Notes under the pieces: model-generated
What the model was told of the DNA's origin: nothing
Seen by the model: the letters and a program-made list of their open reading frames with translations, nothing else
Databases searched by the model: none
Position numbers and translations under genes: made by a program
DNA from: Scenedesmus sp. PABB004
Taxonomy: Eukaryota
DNA: 64,000 bases
Assembly (NCBI GenBank): GCA_014905635.1
Contig: CM026547.1
Location: 1,798,001-1,862,000 of the forward strand
Reading direction: 5' to 3'
Part shown: one piece after another, positions 15,631 to 26,509 of the stretch
How the letters are laid out: every line of letters begins with the position of its first letter
Position numbering within the stretch: the stretch's first letter is position 1

Positions 15631-15635
15631 TTACA
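15631..15635 (-). promoter_or_regulatory. TGTAA chlorophyte polyadenylation signal of the zinc-finger gene
   Basis: TGTAA 45 nt after the stop codon. Equivalent minus-strand signals occur at 19991-19995, 24187-24191 and 61533-61537. Confidence 0.7.
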
Positions 15636-15679
15636 CACCCGAGCGCCGCCGTCATTCGGACGCCGCGCTCGTCGCGCCG

Positions 15680-16800
15680 TCAGAAAAAAAAAGACTCGAT
15701 GTGCCGCGGCGCGCCGTCGCCGCTGCCGCTCGACTCGCTGCTGCTGCCGTCGCTGCTGTCGTCGGCGCTGCCGCTGCCGGCGCCGGGCTGCGGCCCCGCT
15801 GCTGCCGCGTCGCCGCTGCCGTGCCAGGCCTCACGCTCACCCCCGCCATCCTCCTCCTCCTCGCTCTCCTCGCTACTGCCGCCGCCCGCCAGCGCGCCCG
15901 GCTGCGCGGCGGCCGCGTCCGCGACGGCCGCCGCCGGCGCGGGCACGCTGGGCGGCACCCAGCCTGCGGCGCGGCGGCGGGGCGGCGGGCGCGGGGTCGG
16001 GCGGCGGCCCCGCGCGCGCCCAGCGGCGGCGGCGCCCCGCACGCGCCGCGCCGCGCACCGTCCAGCGTCAGCTCGCCGCCCGCGTGCCGCGCCTGCGCGA
16101 GCATCTGCTCGTGCGTCAGCACCTCGCGGCGCAGCGCCGGCGGCTGCTCCTGGTGCCGCCCGCCGCGGCCGCCGCGGCCGCCGTCGCGGCCGCCGCCGCG
16201 GCCGCCGCCGCGGCCGCCGCCGTCCGCGCCGCCGCCCGGCGGCGGCGGCGCGCGCGGCCCGCCGCCGGCGCCGCCGCCGCGCCCGTCCTGCCAGCCCGCC
16301 GCGGCGAGCGCGTTCTCGGCGACCTGGCTGTACACGCCCAGGCGCACGCGCTTGGCAGCCGCCTCGGCCGCGCGCTGCTCCGCCTTTTTGTGAACCGGGC
16401 CCGCGCGGTGCGCCTGCATCTCGGCGTCCGAGCCAAAGCTCGCCTGGCAGAGCTCGCAGCGCTGCACCGGCGCCGCGCCCGCCATGGCGGCCGACGCGAG
16501 CGCCGCGGCGTAGGCCTCCTGCGCCGCCTTGAGCGGCTCGCTGCGCTTCTTGCGCGGCCGGTCGCTGCCCTCGTAGGGGTCCTGCCCGGGGGCGGCGGCG
16601 GCGGGCGCGCGGCGGGCTCGACGGCGGGCTCGACGGCGGGCTCGTCGGCGGGGTCGCCGGCGGCAGCCGCGGCGAGCGCCGTGGCGGGCGCGCACCCGCC
16701 CGCCGCGGCCGCCGCCGCCGTCGTCGCGCCGCTTCTCGCGGTTGGCTGCTCTGCGCTGCAGCGCAGCCGCCTGCTCGGCCAGGGAGCCGCGCTGGTCCAT
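15680..16800 (-). CDS. C2H2 (U1/matrin-type) zinc-finger protein with RGG and acidic regions
   Basis: CELCQASFGSDAEMQAHRAGPVHKK, an RGG stretch, and the end RHIESFFF*. TGTAA lies 45 nt downstream. Confidence 0.7.
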
Positions 16801-16939
16801 TTCGTCGTCCGAGCGGCGCGCACGAGCGGCAGCAGCACGAGCGGCGCCCGGGCGGCGGCAGCAGCAGCGGGGCGGCGCGGGCGTCGTCGACCGTGGTCGG
16901 GTGCAGCGCGGGTGGGCTGGCGCAGGACAGTGTGCTGCG

Positions 16940-17855
16940 ATGAGTAGGGGGAGCGGGGTGCGCCAGCGCCGCGCCGCCGCGGCGCCCCAACGGCGCTTCT
17001 GCGCCTCGTCGTCCGCCGCTGCGCCGATCCGGCCCCGCCCTCGCCATCGTGACCGCGCACAGTGCTCCGCGCCACGCCGGGCGTCCGGGCCAGCGCACCG
17101 TGCCGCTCTCGCGTTCAAGTGTGGGGCGCGCCGGCGCGCCTGCGGCACGATGGCGCCGCCTGGCGTGCTGGGCGTGCAAGAGCCCGATGACCCGTCCGAC
17201 TCGTGCTGCTGGGCCTGCAGCGGCGGGGTGCGGCGGCGGGGGCGGGGGCGGCCGCGGTCGCCGCGCAGCAGCGGCGCGCGCGCCCTCTCGCTCACGCCGC
17301 GCTCGGCGGGCGCCGATCTGGCAGGGCGACATCGTGTGCTGTGATGGCTGCCGCGCGGTGTGGCACCCGGCGTGCGTGGGCCTCAAGCCGGGCGACCTGG
17401 CCGATTCGGACGAGCCCTTCTTCTGCCCGCTGTGTCGCTGCTGCGCGTGCGGCGGCGCCGTGAGCGGCGCGGAGGGCCCGCCCGCGGTCGCCACGACGCT
17501 CGTGCCCGTGCCGCCGCGCGCGGTGCAAGCGCGCACCAGCGCGCACCAGCAGCTGCCGAGCGGGCCCGGCTATTTGGGGCCGCAGCAGCTCCGGCAGTGG
17601 CTGACGCAGCAGCCGGTCGACGCCGACGGCGCCGCAGCGGGCGGCGGCAGCGCCGACTGCGCCGCCGCAGCGGCGGCAGCGGCGGCAGCGACGGCCGCCG
17701 CGCAGCCGCGGGGCAAGCGCCAGAGCGCCGGCGGCGCCGCCGCGCCCGGCGCGGCCGCGCCCGCCACCCGCTGCTGCTGCTGCCAGCAGCCGTGCCACGT
17801 GGCGTGCCTGCCGCCGTCGCTGCAAGCACAGCACGGCGCGGCGCACGCGGGCGGG

Positions 17856-17892
<37 letters not shown>

Positions 17893-19292
17893 CGTGCACG
17901 CCGTTCTTCTGCAGCAGCGGCTGCCAGGCCGTCGCGGCCGCGCTGGCGCAGCGCTGCGCGCGCGGCGCGGTGCAGGTCGACGCGCTGCCGGACGGCACGC
18001 CCGTGAGCTGGCAGCTCGTGCAGCCGGCGGCGGTGGCGGCGGCGCTGGCGCGGGACGGCGCCGCCGCGCCGGCGGCGGCCGTGGGGCTGCTCGGCACGGG
18101 CGCCGCGCCCGGCTACAGCCGCGCGCAGGCCGAGGCGCTGGCGCCGGTGCTGCGCGACGCGCTGGCGCTGCTGGGCGAGGAGCTGGGGCCGGCGTGGGAG
18201 GTGCGCAGCCACCAGGACGTGCTGCCGTGGCTGCTGGCCGGCCTGCGCCAGGCCACGCCCGGCGGGCTGCTCGACCTGAGCCACGCCCACGTCGCCCTGC
18301 TCTTTGTGGGGAGCACGCTCGCGGCCGCGGCGCTGGTGCGGCTGCACGGCGCCGCCGTGCTGGAGGTGCCGCTCGCGGCGACGCTGCGGCGGCTGCAGCA
18401 CCGCGGGCTGGGCCGGCTGCTGCTGGGCAGCGTGGAGCGCTGGGCGCTGGAGGCGTGCCGCGCGCGGCAGGCGTTCATGCCCGCGCTCGGCGGCGTGGTG
18501 CGCCCCTGCGTCGGCGTGTCCGTGCTGCCGGCGTGGCCGCGGCCGCCGGGCGTGCGCGAGCCCCTCGCGCTCGCGCCCAGCAGCGCGCCGCGACTGCTCG
18601 GCCTGGACGCCGTGCCGCCGCCGCGCGCGGCGGCGCCCGCGCCGGGGGCGCCGCCGCCGGGCGGGGGCGCCGCGCCGGGCGTCAAGGACGCCCGGGCGTG
18701 CTGGGGCGTGCGCGTGCGGTACGGCCCCGCGCCCAGCCTGTCCGAGTGGCTCCAGCTAACCAAGTGCGCGGGGCTGTCACGGTTTGTGTACGTGCCGTTT
18801 GTGGTCAAGCGCCTCTCACACAACACCGTCGTGCACGCCGGCCGCCAGGCCGCCGGCGCCGCGCGCGCCGCGCCGCCGGCGCCCACGTACGGCGGCGGCG
18901 CGCCCGAGCCGGGCGCGGCGCAGCACGGCGGCGGCGCTGCGCAGCTGGCGGCGCCGAAGCGCGCGCACCCCGCGCCCGACGCGGCGGCGGGGCACGCGCA
19001 CAAGCGCCCGGCGGCGCCGCCGCCGGCGCGGCACGCCTACCACCACCAGGGCGAGCGGCAGCCGCTGGCTTACATGGCCGCGCCCGCGCCGGCGGCGCCG
19101 CGCGCGGTGGACAAGCTGAGACTCTGGCAGGAGCACGCGCTCGCGATGGCCCGCCCGCGCGCCGGCCCCGGCGAGCTCATCGCCGCCGGCATCGCCGCGT
19201 ACCACCGCGGCGCGACGGCGGCGGGCGTGGTGGGCGTGTGGGGCGCCGGCGGCGGCGGGCAGCCGGAGCAGCAGCAGGCGCGCTGGGCGTGA
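16940..19292 (+). CDS. PHD-finger + GNAT acetyltransferase, IDM1-like (alternative start at 17150)
   Basis: DSCCWACSGGGDIVCCDGCRAVWHPACVGL...FFCPLCRCCACG, a second Cys cluster (CCCCQQPCHVACL, FFCSSGC), and GNAT segment ALVRLHGAAVLEVPLAATLRRLQHRGLGRLLL. Confidence 0.8.
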
Positions 19293-19437
19293 CGCGCGTC
19301 GGCGCGGCGCGCGTGTTGTGAACCGCCAAGTTGACCGAACCGCGCCCCTTGCCGCGCCTTGCTGCCGCCGCCTCCCGGCAGCCACTCCCAGCGCAACGTC
19401 CTCGCCTTCGCGGCAGCTGCCGCTGCCGCAGCGACAG

Positions 19438-19983
19438 ATGGCGGCGCGGACCGCGCTCCTCGCGGCGTCGCGCTGCCTGCTGCTAGCGTCGCGCAGCGGC
19501 GGGGCGTTGAAGCCGCAGGCCAGCTGTGCGGTTGTCGTCGCGCTGCAGGTGCTGGGCGCGCCGGTGAGCCGGGGCGTGCGCAGCAGCAGCGGCGCGACGC
19601 TGGCAGCGTCGACGCTGGCAGCGGCGCACCGCCCGCTGGGTTTCTGGAGCCCCGCGCAGCGCGCCGTTGCCCCTGGCACCGCTGGTGCCGCCGGAGCCGC
19701 TGCGTCGCTGCGCGCGGCGCCGGCGTCGGCGCGGCGCCTGCACATTGCGGCGCCCGCCGCGCGGCGCTGGGCGCCGGGGCGCGACGGCGTCGACGGCGAG
19801 GGCGAGGAGGCTGAGGTGGTGCTGGACGAGGACGAGGACGAGGGCGAGTGGGAGGCCGACGGCGGCGAGGGCGAGGAGGGGTGGGAGGGGAGCGGGAGTG
19901 GGAGCGAGTTTGACGTCGAGTTTGATGAGGGCGACTGGGACGAGAGCGACAGCGAGGACGACCCCGGCGCCGGCGAACGGTGA
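19438..19983 (+). CDS. Small hypothetical protein: mitochondrial-type presequence plus acidic tail
   Basis: Arg/Ala/Ser-rich N-terminus ending in ARRLHIAAPAARRW, then an E/D/W-rich C-terminus. No domain recognised. Confidence 0.45.
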   Translation: MAARTALLAASRCLLLASRSGGALKPQASCAVVVALQVLGAPVSRGVRSSSGATLAASTLAAAHRPLGFWSPAQRAVAPGTAGAAGAAASLRAAPASARRLHIAAPAARRWAPGRDGVDGEGEEAEVVLDEDEDEGEWEADGGEGEEGWEGSGSGSEFDVEFDEGDWDESDSEDDPGAGER

Positions 19984-20036
19984 CGGCGCTTTACAGACAG
20001 GTCCCCCAATGCACGTCCCCGAACGGCAGAGCGTAA

Positions 20037-20475
20037 CTAGTGAACTTGATCGCCGGCCCCCGCAAGCTTCCGCCCGGGGCGGCCCCGCACGCCCGCATGC
20101 TTCACCCCCGCCCCACCCGCGCGCCGCCGCCAGGATTCCTGATACGTACAAACAGGTTCGCGGCCGTTCTCCCCGCACCCACCCGCGTCGTCGTCGTGCG
20201 CCAGCCCTGTTCCGCGTGGCGCTCCCGCCCGCTCGGCTTTGGTGTCACCACCCCGGACCACCACCCTTGACGGTCAGGGCCGACCGCGCGCGGTCGCCAC
20301 AAAGCGTCAGTGCTGCTGCAAATCGGCCCCCTGGGGCGCATGCGGGCTTCACGACGTTGACCAAACAGCAGTCCTGCCCGGCAGTGCAGGCGAATGCAGG
20401 AGGAGAGGGCGGCATCGGGCCCGCCAAATGGGTTTTGGTGACGTGATGCCACGGCGATCAGCGTTCATGCACTAG
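20037..20475. ncRNA. Candidate structured RNA or foldback element between convergent genes
   Basis: Nested complementary segments: 20047-20055/20452-20460, 20091-20100/20338-20347, 20236-20244/20298-20305 and 20411-20416/20445-20450. Confidence 0.3.
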
Positions 20476-20503
20476 GGCTCCCCGTCCCGGCGCGCGCGTG
20501 GCG

Positions 20504-22183
20504 TCACAGCCGCGCCAGACCGTCCGCCGCGCCGGCCCCGCCCACCGCCTGCAGCAGCGCCAGCAGCACGGCGACATGCGCGTCGGTCTCGCCCGCGCCC
20601 GGCGCGGTGGCCGCCGCGAGCGAGGGGCTGCTGCCGGCAAGCCGGGCGAGCACGCCTGCCAGCGCGTCGGCCGCGTCGCGCGGCGCCTCGGCCGCCGCCG
20701 CCGCCGCCGGCTGGCGGTGCTGCTCCTGCGGCACCGCGCGCGACACACCTGGCAGGCCGGCCCGGGGGCTGGCCTGGACCCCGAACGCGCCGCGGGGCGG
20801 CGGCAGAGCCTGGTAGGGCGGGGGCGGGGGCGGCGGCTGGCGCGGCGCGCACGGCTGCGCCCCGTCAGCGTCCACGCTGGCGGCGGACGCGGCGGCGGCG
20901 GCGGCCGCCGCCGCCGCGATGGCCGCAAACGCGGCGGCCGCCGAGCTGCCAGCCGTCTGCCGCAGCGGCGCGCCGCCCGTGCCGGCACTGCCGCCGCGCA
21001 TGAGCGCATCGCTCGCCGCCGTGACGGCGGTGGCCGCGCCGGCCGCGGCCTCCTGGCAGCGCCGCGGCTGGCCCGCCAGCTGCTGCTGCAGTGCCTCGAG
21101 CATCAAGCTGGTCGCGGCGCTCGGGTCGGCGCCCGCAATGGACGTGGAGCGCGCCAGCAGATCCGTCAGGCCCCAGGCCGGCGCCGGCAGCGCCCGCTGC
21201 TGGTCGCGCAGCTCCGTCTCAATCTGCTTGCGGCGCTGCTGCGCGGCCAGCAGCTGGGCCTGCAGGCTGCTTGGGCTGAGCGCGGGCTGGCCGCCGCCGC
21301 CCGGCTGGGCCAGCAGCGCCGCCAGGCCGGCCGAGGTGTGCGGCCCGCCCTGGCCGCACGCCTCGGCCCCCTGGACAAACAGTGCGCTGCCTTGGCGCTG
21401 GAGCTGCTCGGCGTGCGGCGGGTGCAGGGGCGCGTGCGCGCAGGCTGCAGGGCCCTGCGCGCCGAGCGCGAGCAGCGACGGCGACGGCGGCGCCGCGAGC
21501 GCCGGGTGCGCGTCCGCGCCGCTGCCGCCCTCCGCCAGCGACGGCCGCCGGCCCGCCAGGACGCCCCGCGCGTCCAGCCACTGCCCGAGGTTGAGGCGCT
21601 GGCGGAGGCCCTTCACGAGGATGCTCCCCCGCCACTTTTTGCTGGCCGCCATGCCGCCGTGGCGCTCAAACGCCGCGGGCGCCCACGTCACCGGCTTGCC
21701 ACGCGGGCCGCAGGCCCGCGTCGCGCACTCGCCGCAGAGGCAGAGGATGGTCCCGGTCGCGATGGAGAACACGCCCTGCGCGGTGGGCCCGCAGCGCACC
21801 CACGCGTGCGTCGCGTGGCTCCACGACGGCAGCACGCCGCACTCGACCAGGCGGTTCATCACCGCAGCGGGCGTGCTCCCGCGGCCCGGCTCGAGCAGGC
21901 CGGCCGCGCTGTGCGAGCGCTTGACGCCCGGCTTGGGCGCCGGCTCCGGCGGAGGCGACGGCTGAAAGCAGTAGGCCTCGCCCGGCTCGCCGCCGTCGCC
22001 GTCGCCGCCGCTGTCGCTGTCGCTCGCGGCCGGCAGCGCGAGCGCGACGCGCGCGAGGCCCGCGAGCGTCTCCGCGGTGGCCCGCTCCGCCGCGCCGCCG
22101 CCGCTGCCGGCCTCCGCCGCGCCGCTGCTGCCGCTGCCGGCATCCTGGTCCTCCATGGCTTGGGCGCCGGCCGTGGCGGTCAT
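20504..22183 (-). CDS. SAND-domain transcription factor (VARL/RegA- or ULTRAPETALA-like), intronless
   Basis: WVRCGPTAQGVF...ILCLCGEC...WAPAAFERHGGMAASKKWRGSILV...LGQWL is the SAND signature. TGTAA at 19991-19995 on the minus strand. Confidence 0.8.
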   Translation of the reverse strand: MTATAGAQAMEDQDAGSGSSGAAEAGSGGGAAERATAETLAGLARVALALPAASDSDSGGDGDGGEPGEAYCFQPSPPPEPAPKPGVKRSHSAAGLLEPGRGSTPAAVMNRLVECGVLPSWSHATHAWVRCGPTAQGVFSIATGTILCLCGECATRACGPRGKPVTWAPAAFERHGGMAASKKWRGSILVKGLRQRLNLGQWLDARGVLAGRRPSLAEGGSGADAHPALAAPPSPSLLALGAQGPAACAHAPLHPPHAEQLQRQGSALFVQGAEACGQGGPHTSAGLAALLAQPGGGGQPALSPSSLQAQLLAAQQRRKQIETELRDQQRALPAPAWGLTDLLARSTSIAGADPSAATSLMLEALQQQLAGQPRRCQEAAAGAATAVTAASDALMRGGSAGTGGAPLRQTAGSSAAAAFAAIAAAAAAAAAASAASVDADGAQPCAPRQPPPPPPPYQALPPPRGAFGVQASPRAGLPGVSRAVPQEQHRQPAAAAAAEAPRDAADALAGVLARLAGSSPSLAAATAPGAGETDAHVAVLLALLQAVGGAGAADGLARL

Positions 22184-22574
22184 TGCTGCGCTCCCCCCGG
22201 CCCCCGGGCGCCGGCCCGCATTGTTTGAGCGCTGCCGGGCACCCGCAGGCCCGCCCCGCCCCGCCGAGCTGCCCACGCGGCGAGATCGCCGCCGAGGATC
22301 GCGCTGGACGCCGGGCCCGGGCGGGCGGCGGGCGCGGGAGCGAGGGCGAGCGCGCCGGGCCCGCGCGGAGTCCGGGCCGGGATTTGCGGTCGTGCGTGCG
22401 ACCAGCGAGAGGGGCGTTGTCACCGACGGGCCGGCCGGCGAGCGCGGGGGCAGGCCGGCGGCGGCGGCGGCACGGGACGGCGCGCCAAGACCGCTGCCGG
22501 GAAGCTGGGCGGCGGCGGTGCCGGGACGGCGCAGGGCGCTGCCGGGAAGCTGGGTTGCCCTCACTGAGTTCCCC

Positions 22575-23927
22575 TCACCGCGCCGCCGTGGCCGCTGCGT
22601 CGATGGCCGCCGCGAGCGACGACACCTCGACCGCCACGCCGCGGCCCTGCGTGCTCGCGAGCGACACGCCGCGCACGTAGCGCGGCAGGCCGCCGCGGAT
22701 GGCCTCCGGCTTGGCTGCGAGCAGCGCGGCCGCCAGCGCGCCCATGTTGGCGTAGAGCGCGGCCAGCGGGTCGCCGACGCGCCCGATCGGCGCGTGCACG
22801 ACGCCGCCGCGGTCAGCCTTGAACTCGACGCGCCCCGCGCGCAGCGCCGCGACCGCCGCCACGACGTCGTCCGTCAGCGTGCCCATCTGCCGGCGCGGGC
22901 GCGCGGGCGCGCGGGTCGCGGCGGCCGCGCGGGCGCGCGGGCGCCGCGCCACGCGAGCCCGCCCGCCGCCCAGCGCGGGCCGGGGGCGCACCTTGGGGTT
23001 TGGCATGAGGCCCCTGGGCCCGAGGATGCGGCCGAGCTTGACCAGGCGCGGCATCATGTCGGGCGTCGCCACGCACGCGTTGAACGGCAGCGCCTTGCCC
23101 CGCGCCTCCGCCACTGACGCAATCAGCTCGTCGCCGCCCACGACGTCGGCGCCTGCGGGCCGGCGCCGCGTCGGCGCGCGCGCGGGCGCGGGGCCGCGCG
23201 CCGCACGGGCGCGCGAGGGAGAGGGCACGGCGCGGCGCGGCGCGGCGCGCAGCTCACCCGCGGCGCGCGCCGCGTCGGCGTCGGCGCCCTCGGCGAAGAC
23301 CGCGACCGTGAGCGGCTTGCCCAGGCTGTGCGGCAGCACCGCCGCGCCGCGCACCATCTGGTCGCCGCGGCGCGGGTCAATCTTCAGCCGCACGTGCGCC
23401 TCGACGGTCTCGGGGAAGCGCGCGCGCGCGCCCGACTGCGGCGCGGGCGCGCAGGGGCGTGGGCCGCGGCGCAGCGTGGCGCGGCGGGCGCGGCGCGGCG
23501 GGCGCGGCGGCACGCACCTGCACGCGCTGCAGCGCCTCCATCAGCGGCAGCGGCTGCTGCGGCGCTTGCGCGATGAAGCGCGGCAGCGCGGTCGCCTGCT
23601 GCGGGTCGAACAGGAACTGCGCGGCGAGGCCTTGCTGCTGCGCCGGCTGCTGCTGCGCCGGCTGCCCGTCGCTCGCCTGCTGCAGCGGCGCGCCACCCGC
23701 CTGGCTGCAGAACGCGGCCTGCTCACGGGGACGGCACGGCAGCGAGGGGCGGGGCGTCGGCGTCGGCAAGCCGCAGCGCTGCGCCCGCCGCTGCGCCGCC
23801 GCTGCTGCTGCGGCCACAGCGCTCGGCTCGCGCTGGTTCGACGCCACCACGCGAGACTCACCGTCCATGCTGAGCAGGAGGCGCGCCGCAGCTCGGCGAG
23901 GCCCGGGCGCAGCACTCTGATGGCCAT
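22575..23927 (-). CDS. MRPL1: Organellar (probably mitochondrial) ribosomal protein uL1
   Basis: [69 protein letters not shown] and VEFKADRGGVVH. The N-terminus resembles a presequence. Confidence 0.9.
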
Positions 23928-24308
23928 CCCCACTCGCCGGCGGGCTGCCGGCTGCCGGCGGCCGCCGAACAGTCACAGCGGTGATTGTGGCGGTGCCAGA
24001 GGCTCGGGCAGAGCAATGCGCCGCGCCCTGGGCGCGCTCGTGCAGGGCGGGAGGGCGGCAGCAGCAGCAGCGGCGGCGCGCGCGGCGGAGCGTCCAGCGG
24101 CGGCGGCCACAACTGCTGCGCGGCAAGGCTGGGCAGCAAGAAAAACACAGCATGCTGGGCATTCGTGAGCCGCACCATGCCAGGGTTTACAGGAACCTCT
24201 CGAGCCCTCGTCCCGAGCCCCCGTCCCGAGCCCTCGCGCAACGCGCCCGCGCGCACCCGCCGCGCCACAACCTGCGACGCGCCGACCAGCCGGCCGCGCC
24301 CGCGGCGA

Positions 24309-25910
24309 TCAGTCGAGCCAGCCGTGCGAGTCGGCGAAGCGCCGCAGCTGCGCGCCGGCGTCGGCGCCGATCTCGGCCGCCGACGCCGGGTCGCCCGCAC
24401 TGCCCGCGACGCGCACGCGGTGCAGCGCGTGGCCGTCGGGGCTCGCCACGAGCGCGTCCACGTTGAGCGAGCCGTCATGAGGGTCAAACGCGGCGTGCCC
24501 CGCGACGGCAAAGGCGGGCAGCAGCGGCAGGCCGGTGATGCGGCTGAGCCCCAGCACCGGCGCGAGGTGCCCGCCCCCGCCCGGCGGAACCGGGCCTGCA
24601 GCGAGGGCGGCGCCGCCCTCGGCGGGCGGCGCGTCGCGCGGCATGAGGATGGCGGCCAGGATCGCCCGCTCTGCGGCGACCTCGAGGCGCGTGGGCTCGT
24701 GGCAGCAGAGCCCCAGCTCCCAGCGCAGGCCCGCGTCCGCGGCGCGGCAGGTCACGCCGACCGCGCCCTGGCAGGCCGCCGGGAGCATCTCCCCAAAGTC
24801 GAGGACGCGCGTGATGACGTCGGCGCGGCCCAGGCGGGACAGCCCTGCCGGCGGCGCGCGCCGCGCGGTCGGCGAGGCGGCGCGCGCGCGGCCCAGCGGC
24901 GGCGGCGCGCGCCCGCCGGCCGCCGTGGCGGCGGCGCCACGAGGACGCTCGCGGCCCGGCACGGCGCGGCGGCGGCCGCACCCGCGGCTGCGAGCACGAT
25001 GGCGTCGAGCTCCCCCGCCTGCAGCGCCTGCAGCCGCGCGTCGATGTTGCCGCGCAGGGGCACGACGCGCAGGTGCGGGTGCGCCGCGAGCAGCTGCGCC
25101 TTGCGCCGCAGGCTGCTCGTGCCAACGCGCGCGCCGCTCGGCAGGTCGGCTGCTCGGCAGGCCGGGGCGGGCGCGGGCGCGCAGGCGTCGCGGCGGGCGC
25201 GGGCGTCGCGGCGGCGGTGGCGCGCGGGCGCTGCGGCGCGGCGCACCCAGGGTGTGGGCGGTGAGGCTGACGAGCGCGTCGCGCGGGTCGTCGCGGGGGA
25301 GGCACGCCGCGATGGTCACGCCGTCGGGCAGCACCACGGCGACGTCCTTCAGGCTGTGCACGCCCACGTCGACCTCACCGCGCGACACCGCCGCGTCGAT
25401 GGCCTCCGTGAAGGCGCCCTGCGGCGGCGTGGCTCGGCACGCGTGGGCGGCCGCGCGCGCGCGCGCGCGTGGGTGCGGCCCGCGCCGGTGCGGCCCGCGC
25501 AGCACCTGGCCGAGCGAGCGGAGCTCCGCGCTCGCGTTCTCGTCGCCGGCGGTGGCCAGCGCCACCAGCTCGAAGGAGGCCTCGGTCCACTCGGGCCGCA
25601 CCTTGCGCAGCAGCGCCGCGACCTGGCGGCGGCAGCGGGCGAGGAGCGGCGGCGGCGCGGCGTCGGCAGCGCGAGCGCGCAGCAGCAGCGCGCGCGGCGC
25701 CCGCCGGCGCGCGTGCGCGCCGCGCTGAGGCGCGCGGGGCGCGCAGGGGCGCGCCCGGGACGCTTGAGTGCGCAGCACTCCGCCCACCTCCTGCGCTTGC
25801 AGCTTGGCGAGCTGAGACGGCCTGCACGCGATCCGAATGGCCGACGTGCTGGTCGCCGCGGGCGGCGCCTGGGCGCTCGCCCGCGGCGCGACGACTCGGG
25901 CTCGCAGCAT
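24309..25910 (-). CDS. hemC: Porphobilinogen deaminase-like protein (divergent paralog) with transit peptide, 5 exons
   Basis: [77 protein letters not shown] and AERA. Confidence 0.88.
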   Translation of the reverse strand: MLRARVVAPRASAQAPPAATSTSAIRIACRPSQLAKLQAQEVGGVLRTQASRARPCAPRAPQRGAHARRRAPRALLLRARAADAAPPPLLARCRRQVAALLRKVRPEWTEASFELVALATAGDENASAELRSLGQVLRGPHRRGPHPRARARAAAHACRATPPQGAFTEAIDAAVSRGEVDVGVHSLKDVAVVLPDGVTIAACLPRDDPRDALVSLTAHTLGAPRRSARAPPPPRRPRPPRRLRARARPGLPSSRPAERRARWHEQPAAQGAAARGAPAPARRAPARQHRRAAAGAAGGGARRHRARSRGCGRRRAVPGRERPRGAAATAAGGRAPPPLGRARAASPTARRAPPAGLSRLGRADVITRVLDFGEMLPAACQGAVGVTCRAADAGLRWELGLCCHEPTRLEVAAERAILAAILMPRDAPPAEGGAALAAGPVPPGGGGHLAPVLGLSRITGLPLLPAFAVAGHAAFDPHDGSLNVDALVASPDGHALHRVRVAGSAGDPASAAEIGADAGAQLRRFADSHGWLD

Positions 25911-26509
25911 CGTTGTCGCGGTCGCCTCGAGCTGGCACGCGAGGGAGGGGCGCGCTGGTGTGCGCCGGTGTGGGGACGCGACTGGCGCGCCCACTCGGCG
26001 AGCGCGCGACGCCTGGCAGGGCGCGCAGCGCGGCGCAGGGCTCAGCTCGCGCGCGCTTCGGTGGGCTCGCCGCGGCCCGATCTCGCTCCGCGGCACTTCT
26101 CCGCACCTCCCGAGCCCTCCTAACGCGCACGACGCGCACTGAGCTCTGAGCGTCCTTCTTCGCAGAAGGAAAGCAGACCTCCGGCGCTCGCGCAGCCCCG
26201 CCCAGCCTCGGCCCCGGGCTCACCCCACGCCGCCGGCCCGAGGGTGCGCTCGCGAGCGCGGCTGCTGCGGGGCGCGGGCGAGGGGCGAGGGGCGAGGCTG
26301 CGCTGGCAGCCTCTCCCCTGCGCGCCGGGGCCGCGCCAGGCCGCGGCAGCTGGCGTCCGAGCGTCGCTGAAGCGGAGCCTCGCGCCAGGCGCCGCGCCGC
26401 GGCCCCACCGGCGCCGGCCGCGCCGTGCCAGACGCATCGCCGACCGAGGCGCATCCCCGCCCCGCGCCGCGCTCCCCGCGCTCCCCCGCGCCCCAGGGCA
26501 CCGCGCACG

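Noticed and set aside
20041..20055. TPP riboswitch-like TGAACTTGATC
   Set aside because: The upstream CTGAGA motif and the P4/P5 pattern are missing.
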